This document shows positions 20,027 through 30,117 of a stretch of DNA of 64,000 nucleotides, piece after piece. Positions within the stretch are counted from its first letter, which is position 1. Each line of letters begins with the position of its first letter. A program made the position numbers and the translations under genes. This DNA comes from a virus (lineage: Duplodnaviria; Heunggongvirae; Uroviricota; Caudoviricetes): IMG/VR virus record IMGVR_UViG_3300033070_001123; one strand, given 5' to 3'. The notes below the pieces were generated by a model. The model was given only the letters and a program-made list of their open reading frames with translations, searched no databases and was not told where the DNA came from.

Positions 20027-20227
20027 TTACTCCTCTTCAATCTTCTCCAAAAACAAAATGTAGTTAGGATTCGAAATTTCCCATGTCTTAACGTCAAGTT
20101 GTCGAATATCAACAACTTCAAAAACATAACCAAAATCAAGAACAATATCATCCGTTATATCCGGCAAATCTTCAAATACTCTACCAATATTTTTACCATC
20201 TGTTGAGCGAACAACTACATATTTCAT
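20027..20227 (-). CDS. hypothetical protein
   Basis: 66-aa ORF with SD AAGGAG. Confidence 0.6.
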   Translation of the reverse strand: MKYVVVRSTDGKNIGRVFEDLPDITDDIVLDFGYVFEVVDIRQLDVKTWEISNPNYILFLEKIEEE

Positions 20228-20242
20228 ACTTTTCTCCTTATG

Positions 20243-20980
20243 TTATGAGACTGTTATACCAGCCAAAGTACCGTCTAAATTATAGCTAAAGGTCTTCGTA
20301 ACATATGGACCAGTTCCAACTATTTGATTCAACGTACCATTCCCGTTATACGAAAGAGTTTTCGTTCCAGCAGAATCCGTTATAACCGAAAGACGACCAT
20401 TTCCGTCATATGTGAAAGTTTTTGATAATTCAGTTCCACCGCCTGAAGTTGGAACAGTTGCCCAAAGAATATCAGTTCCATTTGTCTTCAAAAACTTATC
20501 AGTATTACCGCTTTGAGAAGGCAATAAAGCATTAATAGCGGCAGAAACGCTCGTCTGTCCTGTACCTCCCTTGTTAATAGGAATTACGCTAGCATTCCAT
20601 GTTCCCGTCGTAATTGTTCCAAGAGTTACAATGCTTGTAGAGCCAACTAAAGGTGAATAAACTCCATCATGATTATGAGAGGAAGAAGCAGCGTCTGTGA
20701 TACCGTAGCCTGCTAAAGTTGTTGGAGTAGAGGTTATTGAAGACCAAGCATGAGTATGAACAAGAGGAGCGGCGTCAGTTATTCCATATCCCGCCAAAGT
20801 CGTTGGAGTTGAAGTTATATCTGTCCAAGGATGAGTATGCGGACCACCGCCAGCAAGTGTCCTGTTTTCCCATTTTTGGCTTGTCGAGTTATAAGCCAAA
20901 ACATCGCTATTCTGAACGTTTGTTATAGAAACGTCAGCTTGGTCTGATATTCTGTCTATTACTCTAATACCTAAAGGCAT
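20243..20980 (-). CDS. tail fibre protein with H-T-H/GYGITDA repeats and C-terminal YD-like repeats
   Basis: HTHPWTDITSTPTTLAGYGITDA and HTHAWSSITSTPTTLAGYGITDA, common phage fibre repeats; KTFTYDGNGRLS-type repeats at the C-terminus. Confidence 0.75.
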   Translation of the reverse strand: MPLGIRVIDRISDQADVSITNVQNSDVLAYNSTSQKWENRTLAGGGPHTHPWTDITSTPTTLAGYGITDAAPLVHTHAWSSITSTPTTLAGYGITDAASSSHNHDGVYSPLVGSTSIVTLGTITTGTWNASVIPINKGGTGQTSVSAAINALLPSQSGNTDKFLKTNGTDILWATVPTSGGGTELSKTFTYDGNGRLSVITDSAGTKTLSYNGNGTLNQIVGTGPYVTKTFSYNLDGTLAGITVS

Positions 20981-21987
20981 TATCCAAACCTCATATTAGG
21001 CCCTCTTCCTTTAGACCCTCTCGGTCCTATTCTTGGGCTTTGAACTGTTGGACTTCCTCTTGATTTTGCAGCGCAACAAGTCTTAAGCAAATCGAACGTC
21101 TTCTGTATGCTACTTCCTAATTCCTCATTTACCTTGTTCAATTCCTCTAAAGTCTTTCCAGTTGACAAAGCTATAGCTGCTAATATATGAGCTTCTAGCT
21201 CCGTATAGTCACAATCAGCAATACCGCCAGCCGTAAGCGTTCTTGTTGAATACTCCCATATCTGCTGCGGAGTAATGCCAGGCGGAATCTCCGGGAAGCT
21301 AGTAAGAGTTCTTGTTCCATATTCCCAAACTCTACGAGCAATCTCAAGCCACTCGCCGCTCTGAGTACCCCAACAAACTCTTAGATTTCCTGTATTACAA
21401 TCTACAGAGCGATTTGGAGTAGCCCCTTTCCTCTTCCAGACCTCAATAAAGTAAAACTGATTACCAACAACAACGGGAATGTTTGAAACATCGCTTATGA
21501 TATATTCATACCAACCAATCCTGTCTGTATCTTCAACCAAAGGCAACGCAAAAGTTGTTTGATTTGATAAAGAATATGTCTCAAATGTAGACGTAGACGG
21601 ATTCCAAGCTTTTGTTAAATCTTCAGCAGAAAACAAGATTGCATAAAAGTTCAAACCTGGCTGATCGCTATAGGTTATATCAAACGTATCGCCAATCTCA
21701 GGAACGCACTCCTCATTAGAAGTGCAACCAACAAGTCCCTCAGTTGATATGTCTATGAAAGACAAAACTCTAGAGGTATCGGTTGAGTCGCAAAACTTAA
21801 CGCCTCCTCGAAAGTTTTCTGGAAAATTAGAATATTCCCAGATATAGAACCCTTCACCGACTTCAAAGAATCCGTCAGAAACAAACGGAGTAACAGTTGT
21901 TCCGTTTGGCTTTATTATTTGCGCAGCAAGGTCTAAGCCTGCGAATCCATCGCCTAGATTAATTGATATAACCATTGTCTTAGGCAT
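20980..21987 (-). CDS. virion structural protein
   Basis: 335 aa; paralogous N-terminal domain (see 11699-12223); WEY(G/S)TRTLT occurs twice. Confidence 0.7.
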   Translation of the reverse strand: MPKTMVISINLGDGFAGLDLAAQIIKPNGTTVTPFVSDGFFEVGEGFYIWEYSNFPENFRGGVKFCDSTDTSRVLSFIDISTEGLVGCTSNEECVPEIGDTFDITYSDQPGLNFYAILFSAEDLTKAWNPSTSTFETYSLSNQTTFALPLVEDTDRIGWYEYIISDVSNIPVVVGNQFYFIEVWKRKGATPNRSVDCNTGNLRVCWGTQSGEWLEIARRVWEYGTRTLTSFPEIPPGITPQQIWEYSTRTLTAGGIADCDYTELEAHILAAIALSTGKTLEELNKVNEELGSSIQKTFDLLKTCCAAKSRGSPTVQSPRIGPRGSKGRGPNMRFG

Positions 21988-22171
21988 GCATTACTCTCCA
22001 AAAACCAGTAACAGGCAGATTGACCGAAATATAATTGACGTTTCCACCAAGACGTTTATTAAAACCGACAAAACGAAGAGTTGTAAATCTCAAATTATAA
22101 TTGTTAATTTTACATTAGCTGTTACTTTATAAATACCATTTATACCTTCTTATAACTCCTTATAAGATACT

Positions 22172-24247
22172 TTATAAAATACTTTCTCCCTCAATATAGT
22201 CTGCCAAAATAACATCTCCAATTTTAGGTATATTACCACTTTCAAATGTTATCGTATCACTCGTTATGGTATAATCATTTCCGGAGCCTGGCTTTTGTCT
22301 AAGCCCATTCTTATAAACTCTTTCAGTACCAAGAGCAGGTATATGAGCTAAAACAAAAACATCATTAGAACCATCTACTGCTCCTGACGGAACAGTATTA
22401 TAATGATGAGGAGCAAGGGTTACGCTATTAAATACAGTCCAAGCAAGGTTTCCTCCATTGCCAGTAAGAACATAATGACCATATCCATCCGGGTATGATA
22501 CCGGAGCAATCGGCCAAGCATAAGTAGAATTAGCAGAAAGGCTAGACGCTGCCTTGAAAATTAGTTTATTAGAACCGTTTCCTATAGCTTCAAACAAATG
22601 CAAGCCACCTTCATTTCTAAGAGCCATATTACCAGATTCTATAGAAAGAGCATAAGAATTTGTAATCGTTGCATTTGTGCCAGCAACAGGAGGCCCAGAA
22701 ATAGCAACCGTAGACGCATCCGTTATTGTACTTGAAGAAACAAAAGAATAAATAGGAGCATCAATTCTAATAGCCCTTTGAGTTGTCAAAGCGCCTGCGG
22801 CAAACTGCACAGTTCTAGTAAGGTTTAGATAAAGATCAGAAGACTCAACTGAAGCTGTCAATGTTGTATGAGCAGCACCCGTATAAAGTATACCAACAGG
22901 TGAGCCAGATGTATGAACATCAGGAACTATTTGAGTTTTACCGCCAATATACAAGGCGTAGTTTGCTGCTGCACCTGTTGGAGATTGAACATAAATACCG
23001 TAAGCAGTTGTAGCTGTAGATACTTCGCCAGCTTCAATTCTAAGAGCAGACGTATTCGTTATTGCAACATTTGTACTTTTTACAGGAGCGCCGCTTATGC
23101 TTACAGTTGAAGCATGGGTTATTGTTTGAGTAGCTGCTGTTGCAACATACGTTGGTGGATTGATATAAAATGCTCTAATTGCAGAAATAGTAGACCCAGT
23201 TGTAAACTGAACATTTCTGCTCAAATTGAAACTTATATCGTTTACATCACCAGCTACGGTTGTGGTATGATTAGCATTTGCGCCAGAAATACTCAAAAGC
23301 TTTGGATTTGTAGCTCCAGTTTTTGCGGGTGGATTTGCGGTAATGGCAAGCGGTATATCAATATAGTAATTTATACCAGATATTGTAATCGCAGAATCAA
23401 AACCAGCATTTCCTCTTCCATATCTAATATAAACATCCATTCCAATAGATAAAACTCCGTCTTTATCATAAGGTCCAAAGTAAAAAGAATCTCCATAAAG
23501 AGTAAAAATTTCTGTTGGGTCTCCGTCTGTGTCTTCAGCAAAAATGCTAACAGAATTATTCATTATAAAGTCAGTATAAAACCTTGGAATAGTATTTGAC
23601 ACAAATGTTTCATAACCAATAGAAAAAACATTATTCGATAAGCTATCTTTAACTACAAAAAAATTAGCATTATTACCTGCGTTTACAAGCTCAATTCCCC
23701 CTGTTGAATCATTATAGAGCAATCTATTTGTTGCCGCAAAATTCAAAACTCCTAAAGAACTTGCGATTAAAAAGCCACTGCTAGCTCCCGGTAACGAACT
23801 AGGAAGTGTTAAATTTACGCTTGAAGAAAGGCTAGCCGGTGCGTTTAGAGAAACATAGTTTGAACCGTTGTCGTTGTCTTCCTCAAACATTACCTCACCT
23901 TTATCCTTAACAAGGATAATTCCAGCATTATTAGTTGACCCAATAGTTATTGTATTTGTTGTTTTATTCCAAGTTAATTGAGGATCTCCAGCCGAAACAC
24001 CAGCATCATTGAATTGTATTTCCGTATCACTACCGGCAGGAATGGTCGAAGCAGCAAGCAAAGACCATCCAGCATTTCCCGTTCCAGAACCTTTAACATA
24101 AAATGCATTAGCAGCATTAGAAGCCGTTGCGTTTAGATAAACAGAGCCAACAGGCGCTGTTTCAACACCTTCTGGACTACCGTTTCCTGTATAAATCAGA
24201 ACGGCTTGCGTTCCAAGAGAAATTTGAGATAAGAACTGATTAGCCAT
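22172..24247 (-). CDS. tail fibre-like protein with an internal duplication
   Basis: 691 aa; N-terminal GSPEGVETAPVGSVYL and FNDAG motifs typical of fibres; two copies of an ~85-aa repeat. Confidence 0.7.
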   Translation of the reverse strand: MANQFLSQISLGTQAVLIYTGNGSPEGVETAPVGSVYLNATASNAANAFYVKGSGTGNAGWSLLAASTIPAGSDTEIQFNDAGVSAGDPQLTWNKTTNTITIGSTNNAGIILVKDKGEVMFEEDNDNGSNYVSLNAPASLSSSVNLTLPSSLPGASSGFLIASSLGVLNFAATNRLLYNDSTGGIELVNAGNNANFFVVKDSLSNNVFSIGYETFVSNTIPRFYTDFIMNNSVSIFAEDTDGDPTEIFTLYGDSFYFGPYDKDGVLSIGMDVYIRYGRGNAGFDSAITISGINYYIDIPLAITANPPAKTGATNPKLLSISGANANHTTTVAGDVNDISFNLSRNVQFTTGSTISAIRAFYINPPTYVATAATQTITHASTVSISGAPVKSTNVAITNTSALRIEAGEVSTATTAYGIYVQSPTGAAANYALYIGGKTQIVPDVHTSGSPVGILYTGAAHTTLTASVESSDLYLNLTRTVQFAAGALTTQRAIRIDAPIYSFVSSSTITDASTVAISGPPVAGTNATITNSYALSIESGNMALRNEGGLHLFEAIGNGSNKLIFKAASSLSANSTYAWPIAPVSYPDGYGHYVLTGNGGNLAWTVFNSVTLAPHHYNTVPSGAVDGSNDVFVLAHIPALGTERVYKNGLRQKPGSGNDYTITSDTITFESGNIPKIGDVILADYIEGESIL

Positions 24248-24250
24248 ACT

Positions 24251-26050
24251 TTATCCTACCACTACAACCCTATACTGAACTCCAATACCAGGCGCTGGCT
24301 TGAATGTTATTGTTACATAATTGACGTTTGGCGTACTAACCTCTGGATAAACAAGAATATCGCTAGAATTGTAAACTTGTACAGCAACATTTTTTGAGTT
24401 CATGTTGTGAGTTATATTAAAGGCTGTCGTAGAATTGTCTCCAGTTATGATTCCTGAATATCTACGAGCTATTATCCATTCATAAGTACCATTATCTATA
24501 TACCACTGTTGATCGACCGTTTCCTTGAATCTTATGAAGGCATTATCGCCTGTTCCGCCTGTACCTCTTTCAACTTCAATACCTGCGTCCAAAACAGCCG
24601 CAATACTATTTACGGTTATAAAATTATCTTCAACAAGAAGAGTCGAGGTATTAACTGTTGTTGTAGTTCCATTTATTGTAAGATTTCCTGTAACGGTCAA
24701 GTTTGTTGCAACCGTAACGTCTGTATTGCCGCCAGAATCGCCAACCGTAAAAATTGGAGATCCCCCGCTAGTTTGAACTTCAAAAATCTTTGCGGGAGAA
24801 GTTGTTGTCTGCTTTACAACCAAACCAACAACGCCCGAAGCAGTTGGAGCAACTGTATTATCAGAAGTTACAGCGGGAACAACTCTTAGATATGTTCCTG
24901 TAAGAGAAGGGATATCTCCTGCAAGTATGTTTCTAAAAACTACATCGCCTAATGTCGAGCTATTCGCTACGGCAAAGTTATTAGCTACTTGCGTTCCTGA
25001 AGATATAGTAACAGTTCCGGTAAGATTAGGAAGAGTTTGCGTCTTACCAGACGAGCCAGAAGTTCCTTGGAGGGTTATTCTGTTTGCGGCAACACCAAAC
25101 TGAATAGAACCATTATCTGTTGTATTGATCGAACCGCCACCGTTGTTTGTTGTAATCGAACCACCAGCACCCGACACTCCTCCCGAAATATTTATTGAAC
25201 CACCCGAAAAAGAGGAAGACGAAGATATATTGATAAATGCACCAGTAACACCAGTATACGATTCTGCTTTAATATAAGGAGTATTTGAAACGTTAAATGT
25301 TCCAGCATTCGAGTTTATATACAGTCGATAATCTGTTGAAGTAATTCTATAAAAAGCAAAAAGATGAACACCAGAAGAATTTTCTATAACATAGAGAGGA
25401 TGATCACTTGATCCTCCTGCTTCTTTGATTGTTAATCCAGTTACAGATGCACTACTCGCTTGTATTGTATTCCGAGCGTCATTCAAAGGAGATAAAACCA
25501 AATATTGAGCATGATCGTCATCTGACAACCCGCCAAAGCTACCATGATCTATAGAACCCAAAGTTATCCAAGTAGGGGCGCTAGCTCCATTACTTTGAAG
25601 AAGATTTCCACTAGAGCCAGCAGACGTTATTGCCAAAGCAGTTGCTGTTGAATAAAGAATACCACCATTTACTGCTGTTAGATTAGCATTTGTTCCGCCG
25701 TCAGCAAGGGCGATAATCGCATTTGAATTATAACGATTAGCATTTACTGTACCACTACCCGAAACAGTCAATGAAGCACCCGTACCAACCGTCATTGTTG
25801 CTGTAGTATTCGTGCCTGTTGTAACGCCGCTAAACGGAACAGAAGAAGCAGTTGCAGAAGACATAGCAACCCAAGTTGTTCCGTCATAGTAGAATGGTTT
25901 CTTATTAGAAGCATTCTCGTCATAAAATATTTGACCAGCAACAGGAGTTGAGGGATAGCCGTCAATAACCGAATCCCTGTTTTCAATAACAGCACTGATT
26001 ATGCTATTTTGATCAAGATCTATATCAATTAGAAATTTCCTTGTTGCCAT
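24251..26050 (-). CDS. tail fibre-like protein
   Basis: 599 aa; TPVAGQIFYD, LADGGTNA, DHGSFGGLSDDDHAQY, TTTTVNTSTLLVEDN and C-terminal ITHNMNSKNVAVQVY, all common fibre motifs. Confidence 0.75.
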   Translation of the reverse strand: MATRKFLIDIDLDQNSIISAVIENRDSVIDGYPSTPVAGQIFYDENASNKKPFYYDGTTWVAMSSATASSVPFSGVTTGTNTTATMTVGTGASLTVSGSGTVNANRYNSNAIIALADGGTNANLTAVNGGILYSTATALAITSAGSSGNLLQSNGASAPTWITLGSIDHGSFGGLSDDDHAQYLVLSPLNDARNTIQASSASVTGLTIKEAGGSSDHPLYVIENSSGVHLFAFYRITSTDYRLYINSNAGTFNVSNTPYIKAESYTGVTGAFINISSSSSFSGGSINISGGVSGAGGSITTNNGGGSINTTDNGSIQFGVAANRITLQGTSGSSGKTQTLPNLTGTVTISSGTQVANNFAVANSSTLGDVVFRNILAGDIPSLTGTYLRVVPAVTSDNTVAPTASGVVGLVVKQTTTSPAKIFEVQTSGGSPIFTVGDSGGNTDVTVATNLTVTGNLTINGTTTTVNTSTLLVEDNFITVNSIAAVLDAGIEVERGTGGTGDNAFIRFKETVDQQWYIDNGTYEWIIARRYSGIITGDNSTTAFNITHNMNSKNVAVQVYNSSDILVYPEVSTPNVNYVTITFKPAPGIGVQYRVVVVG

Positions 26051-26063
26051 TCATCCCTTTTCG

Positions 26064-26567
26064 TTATACGCAATAAGCCGTCCCTGTAATAGCTTTATTA
26101 AATTCTATAACTAATTGATCTAAACTAACATGAGAAACCTGTCCTTCTATTTCAACGTCGAAATAATCTCTAATAGAAACAGAAGGCATTCTTCCTAAAT
26201 TATGAAAAACAGACCATGTTGTTGAAGGAGAACTTTGTGTATGAAAATAAGTTGAATTACAACATTGTTCAATATCGCAAATCCTAAGAGCTATTTGATC
26301 AAGAGCGTCATTTACGTTACCAGGGTCACTACTGCCTTGCCAACAAGAAGCAACGTCAACCGAAGGGGTATAGGTAACAATCGAAGCGTCTACGTCTCCA
26401 ATTGGGCCTCCGCCATTTATCTCTATCTCATGAACTCTATCAGCAAGCTCGTCTAGAGCAATCTGAACGGTTCCAGGATTGCCAATCCAGTCCACAGCCT
26501 CTGACGGCAAGAAACTAATCTCACTTGTGTCAGGATAGCAGCATCTATTACGAGGGACATGTGGCAT
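26064..26567 (-). CDS. fibre-associated structural protein
   Basis: C-terminal FHTQSSPSTTWSVFHNLGRMPSV domain of the type often seen in phage fibre modules. Confidence 0.65.
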   Translation of the reverse strand: MPHVPRNRCCYPDTSEISFLPSEAVDWIGNPGTVQIALDELADRVHEIEINGGGPIGDVDASIVTYTPSVDVASCWQGSSDPGNVNDALDQIALRICDIEQCCNSTYFHTQSSPSTTWSVFHNLGRMPSVSIRDYFDVEIEGQVSHVSLDQLVIEFNKAITGTAYCV

Positions 26568-26581
26568 ATACAGAAACTCCG

Positions 26582-27412
26582 CTAGTCTTTGCTAGACAAC
26601 CGACCTATTTCGTTATATATAATTTGAGGATTTTTGATGTCAAATCCTTTACCTCTTAGGTAATGATAAGACAAAACGCCTATACCCGCAACAGCCGCAG
26701 CGCAGAGGCTACTCCCTGCAACTGTCGCAAATTTTGAATCAACAAACGTTGTTTCAAAGTCTTGCGATGGCAATATAACGCCTTTTGTTTTTCCAGCATG
26801 TTTAATGACTTCATTACTATTTATATTATTCGAATATCCAACCGAAAAAACCTCGTCATATCTTGCTGGAAAATCCACATCCTTCGTTCGGGATGTACAG
26901 TTCCCTCCTGCCGCAAACATTGAAATCCCAGATCTGTTAACCTTTCGTATAGCGTCTCTTAAGCCGTCATGCTCAAACTGAGAGCCAAAAGACATAAGAA
27001 CAATATCTACTTCTCTAACTATACACCACAAAAGAGCGTCTATAACAGCTTCGTGAACTCCTGTTCCGTCAGAGTCTAAAAGAGTCTTCGCAAAATATAA
27101 GTCTGTCTCAGGAGCTAGCCCTTTTATGCCGCTCTTTCCATTTGCCGCAATAACACCAGCCAAGGAAGTGGAATGACCAAAAACGTCAAAGACGCTACCG
27201 CTAGAAGTAAAATTTGAACTTTTGTAAACGTCAGCAGCTATGTCTTTATGCATAGGGACGCCGCTATCAATAATGGCTAATCGAACATACTTCCCTGTTG
27301 CTTGTACATTTTGAAACCCAAAATAGGGAGCAGTATATTGAACTTTCTTAGCCGGATAGTCGTGAACATTCTTTATGGTCGTTTTCTGAAATTGAATGGC
27401 TCCATGCGACAT
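26582..27412 (-). CDS. subtilisin-family (S8) serine protease
   Basis: Catalytic motifs in order: LAIIDSG (Asp), GHSTSLAGVIA (His), AAGGN (oxyanion Asn), VAGSSLCAAAVAG (Ser). Confidence 0.85.
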   Translation of the reverse strand: MSHGAIQFQKTTIKNVHDYPAKKVQYTAPYFGFQNVQATGKYVRLAIIDSGVPMHKDIAADVYKSSNFTSSGSVFDVFGHSTSLAGVIAANGKSGIKGLAPETDLYFAKTLLDSDGTGVHEAVIDALLWCIVREVDIVLMSFGSQFEHDGLRDAIRKVNRSGISMFAAGGNCTSRTKDVDFPARYDEVFSVGYSNNINSNEVIKHAGKTKGVILPSQDFETTFVDSKFATVAGSSLCAAAVAGIGVLSYHYLRGKGFDIKNPQIIYNEIGRLSSKD

Positions 27413-28136
27413 TTGATATTCCGTAATGATTGCCTTTGCTAAAGAACTCTATCTTGTAAGGCAGGCCTATAGTATCTAAAAACTCGACTTCTTTGCGCAA
27501 AGCAATTGAAGCATGCAAAGCAAACAAATCGTCAGTTATGATATACATATACCTATTGATTTCGTCCATTTTCTTCAGCAGACTTTTCCTATTCGGAACC
27601 GTTGAAACGCTAGAGCCTGAAATCTGTAAATTGTTGTTTACAAAACCTCTTAGTCCTTCATTTGAAATTGAAAGTCCAATACTATTCTTCTTTGCTCTAT
27701 TCTTTGGATAATAAGAAAGATCATAACCTTCTCCTCTCCATGTCATGCCACAAAACTTGAAAAGTATCTGTAAAAAATGTTTCTCGGTTTTCCTATTACC
27801 ATAAACAACGCCATAATAATCTTCAACTTCTTTACTAGAAAAACCAACAGAACCACGCTCTTCTACAAACCCAATTACATTAGACGACAAAGCAGAGGAA
27901 AATGTCGAACAATGAACGTCTGGCGTTAGATTTATCGCTAAATCAAAATTGTTTTCATAACCGAACTCTTCTACCGAAACACTAACCTTCTTACTAAATG
28001 ACAAGATAGGCAAGCACTCTGGTTGAACAAAAAAGGTTACTGAACAATCCTTGTATGTTTTAGCAAGCCCTCTGATAAGACTTGTACAAGCAAGAAGGTT
28101 CCAAGGTTCTTCATGATTTATTACAGCTATGTTCAT
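27348..28136 (-). CDS. GT9-like (heptosyltransferase-type) glycosyltransferase, divergent
   Basis: N-terminal LLACTSLIRGLAKTY..CSVTFFV and C-terminal YIITDDLFALHASIAL mirror GT9 motifs. Confidence 0.6.
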   Translation of the reverse strand: MNIAVINHEEPWNLLACTSLIRGLAKTYKDCSVTFFVQPECLPILSFSKKVSVSVEEFGYENNFDLAINLTPDVHCSTFSSALSSNVIGFVEERGSVGFSSKEVEDYYGVVYGNRKTEKHFLQILFKFCGMTWRGEGYDLSYYPKNRAKKNSIGLSISNEGLRGFVNNNLQISGSSVSTVPNRKSLLKKMDEINRYMYIITDDLFALHASIALRKEVEFLDTIGLPYKIEFFSKGNHYGISNVAWSHSISENDHKECSRLSG

Positions 28137-28711
28137 TTCTTTGTTTTCTTAAAACTGATTGTTTTGTTCAAATCTATCTCAATAGGATTATCGACAGAGC
28201 CAGACCTTTCAGACCTATCTTCCTGAAGAAGCTTTTGCTCTTTTTCGTTCTCCTCATTAATCTTATCTTGCTCTATGTAGAACTTCTGTTTCTCGGTAAC
28301 AATCTCAAAAACACCGTCTCGTATACCCTCTGTTATCGTTCGGCAGTTTTCAACAAATCCTTTAGGCAACAAAGATACGGGCTTCATATCATACATGCCT
28401 CCGAAAAAGATCTTCTTACCATTATAAGCAACAGAGTGTTTTTGCTTTCCTGTTGTTCTAAGATAAAGCTCGCCACCATCGTCTTCAATAAAACCGTTAT
28501 CTTCGTCAACATATTGAGAAACAAGATCAACAACGCTATCTCCGTCAGTCAATACGGTCTCAGATACATAAATAACCTCTTTACCTAAAAGCTCTTTCTT
28601 GATAACATTAAGCATGGTAAATGGATAAACCTTAACAGTCTTATCGCAAATTGTAATGGTCTTTTGTTCTGTGTCTAAAAATACTATCATGTTTACTTCC
28701 TTTTGGCCCAA
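28133..28711 (-). CDS. hypothetical protein
   Basis: 192-aa ORF overlapping both neighbours; acidic C-terminus. Confidence 0.65.
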   Translation of the reverse strand: MGQKEVNMIVFLDTEQKTITICDKTVKVYPFTMLNVIKKELLGKEVIYVSETVLTDGDSVVDLVSQYVDEDNGFIEDDGGELYLRTTGKQKHSVAYNGKKIFFGGMYDMKPVSLLPKGFVENCRTITEGIRDGVFEIVTEKQKFYIEQDKINEENEKEQKLLQEDRSERSGSVDNPIEIDLNKTISFKKTKK

Positions 28712-30066
28712 ATATCATTCAAAACCAACTTCACTTCTGATCCAACTACTTTTCCATCAAGATTCTGCTTGATAAAATCTTGTAAGAGAACATTCTTCGA
28801 CTTAGCTTCATCATAGTTGTTATAGACATATCTCATTATATCTGCCAAATCACAGATAAAGGATTGATCAAGTTTCGGAAATTCCTGTCCGTCCCAATAA
28901 TGAATGCCAGTAGTTCCTTTTTCTGTTCGCTCAAATTCCTTGAAATCAACAAGGTATGAATTATCCTTCGTCAAGAAGTCTAAACATCCGCTATAGCTTG
29001 TTGCGATTATTGGCAAACCGCATAGAGACGCCTCGCAATAAGGCAACCCAAATCCCTCTCCTCTGGAAGGCAAAACAAAAGCATTGAACCCTCTATAAAA
29101 AGAAGGCAACTGATACTCGGGAACCATTTTCGTACATATACGAATATCAGGCTTATTAGGAAATTCTCTAGTTATAGCCTCAACTTCTTTTCTTATCTTT
29201 TCTTGCTGCGATCTTGATCTTTCAGAAGTCAAAACAGCAAGAGAAACGTCGTCCCGGTCTGTAAATGCCGAGCAAAAAGCCTTGATCAGAACATCAGAGC
29301 CTTTCCTATAGCCCCATGATTGAACGCTAACAAAAGAAAAGGACTTTAATGATGGCCTAAAAGTATATGACTGTACATTCTCTTTGTACAGATTCGGATT
29401 GATTACTGGATGAACAACGCTAACTTTGCCAGAATAACCGCTATTCAAAAAAGACTGTTTACAAAAGCTACTTGTAACCCATAACTCATCATAATCATTT
29501 GCTATATCAACAAATTGTTTTGGAACAACTCGACTTTCTGTTGTAGTGTACAATATGTTATAGCAACCTTTTTCTATCTTGCCTTGAGTAGGTATAACGC
29601 TATCTATCCGTATAGCGTCTTTGCCAACTGGTTTCTTAAGAATAGAGAAAATCATTGCCTCTACTTCATTGAGCGTATTGTTTCTTGTTGTAACAGGATC
29701 TATCTCGATAGCGAGACCGTTTCTTCGTAAACACATCGCAAAATTTCTGTTGACTTTCGAATATCCTGTTGCGTCATAAAAATGACCTCTCAATATAACT
29801 TCTGTAGACAAACCGCTTGGCTTCCTTTCAACGATAGGAGGCTCCTGCATAACTGCGGTTTTACTGAGTTTATAGAGATTCTGTTCAATTCTATCTTCTG
29901 TTGCTTCTATTACGCTGAAATAGCCGAGCTTTACCATTTTTTGAAACGCAAAGCTCTTTTTGACAAGCTCTGTGTCTATATATTGAGGCTCTTCGTTAGC
30001 ATACTCTATTGACAAATCAACATCTTCGAGTTGTACCGAGTTTTTTGTTTTATTGATGAACTTCAT
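28693..30066 (-). CDS. GT4 glycosyltransferase with an extra N-terminal domain
   Basis: TGYSKVNR, RKGSDVLIKAF, FVLPSRGEGFGLPYCEASLCGLPIIAT (E-x7-E signature). Confidence 0.9.
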   Translation of the reverse strand: MKFINKTKNSVQLEDVDLSIEYANEEPQYIDTELVKKSFAFQKMVKLGYFSVIEATEDRIEQNLYKLSKTAVMQEPPIVERKPSGLSTEVILRGHFYDATGYSKVNRNFAMCLRRNGLAIEIDPVTTRNNTLNEVEAMIFSILKKPVGKDAIRIDSVIPTQGKIEKGCYNILYTTTESRVVPKQFVDIANDYDELWVTSSFCKQSFLNSGYSGKVSVVHPVINPNLYKENVQSYTFRPSLKSFSFVSVQSWGYRKGSDVLIKAFCSAFTDRDDVSLAVLTSERSRSQQEKIRKEVEAITREFPNKPDIRICTKMVPEYQLPSFYRGFNAFVLPSRGEGFGLPYCEASLCGLPIIATSYSGCLDFLTKDNSYLVDFKEFERTEKGTTGIHYWDGQEFPKLDQSFICDLADIMRYVYNNYDEAKSKNVLLQDFIKQNLDGKVVGSEVKLVLNDIWAKRK

Positions 30067-30083
30067 ATAGACTATATCGGCGC

Positions 30084-30113
30084 AAAAGAAAACCGCCCTC
30101 TTTCGAGAGCGGC
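30084..30113 (-). terminator. rho-independent terminator
   Basis: Minus strand GCCGCTCTC-GAAA-GAGGGCGGT followed by TTTCTTTT. Confidence 0.85.
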
Positions 30114-30117
30114 TTCC

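Noticed and set aside
21988-22171. AT-rich 184-bp gap, possibly a promoter or gene remnant
   Set aside because: Only a ~35-codon TTG-start frame without a clear SD; the TATAAATA match is on the non-coding strand; no supportable call.
12683-26050. Diversity-generating retroelement or invertible fibre cassette
   Set aside because: No reverse transcriptase, no template/variable repeat pair with adenine-specific differences, and no invertase or inverted repeats seen in this window.
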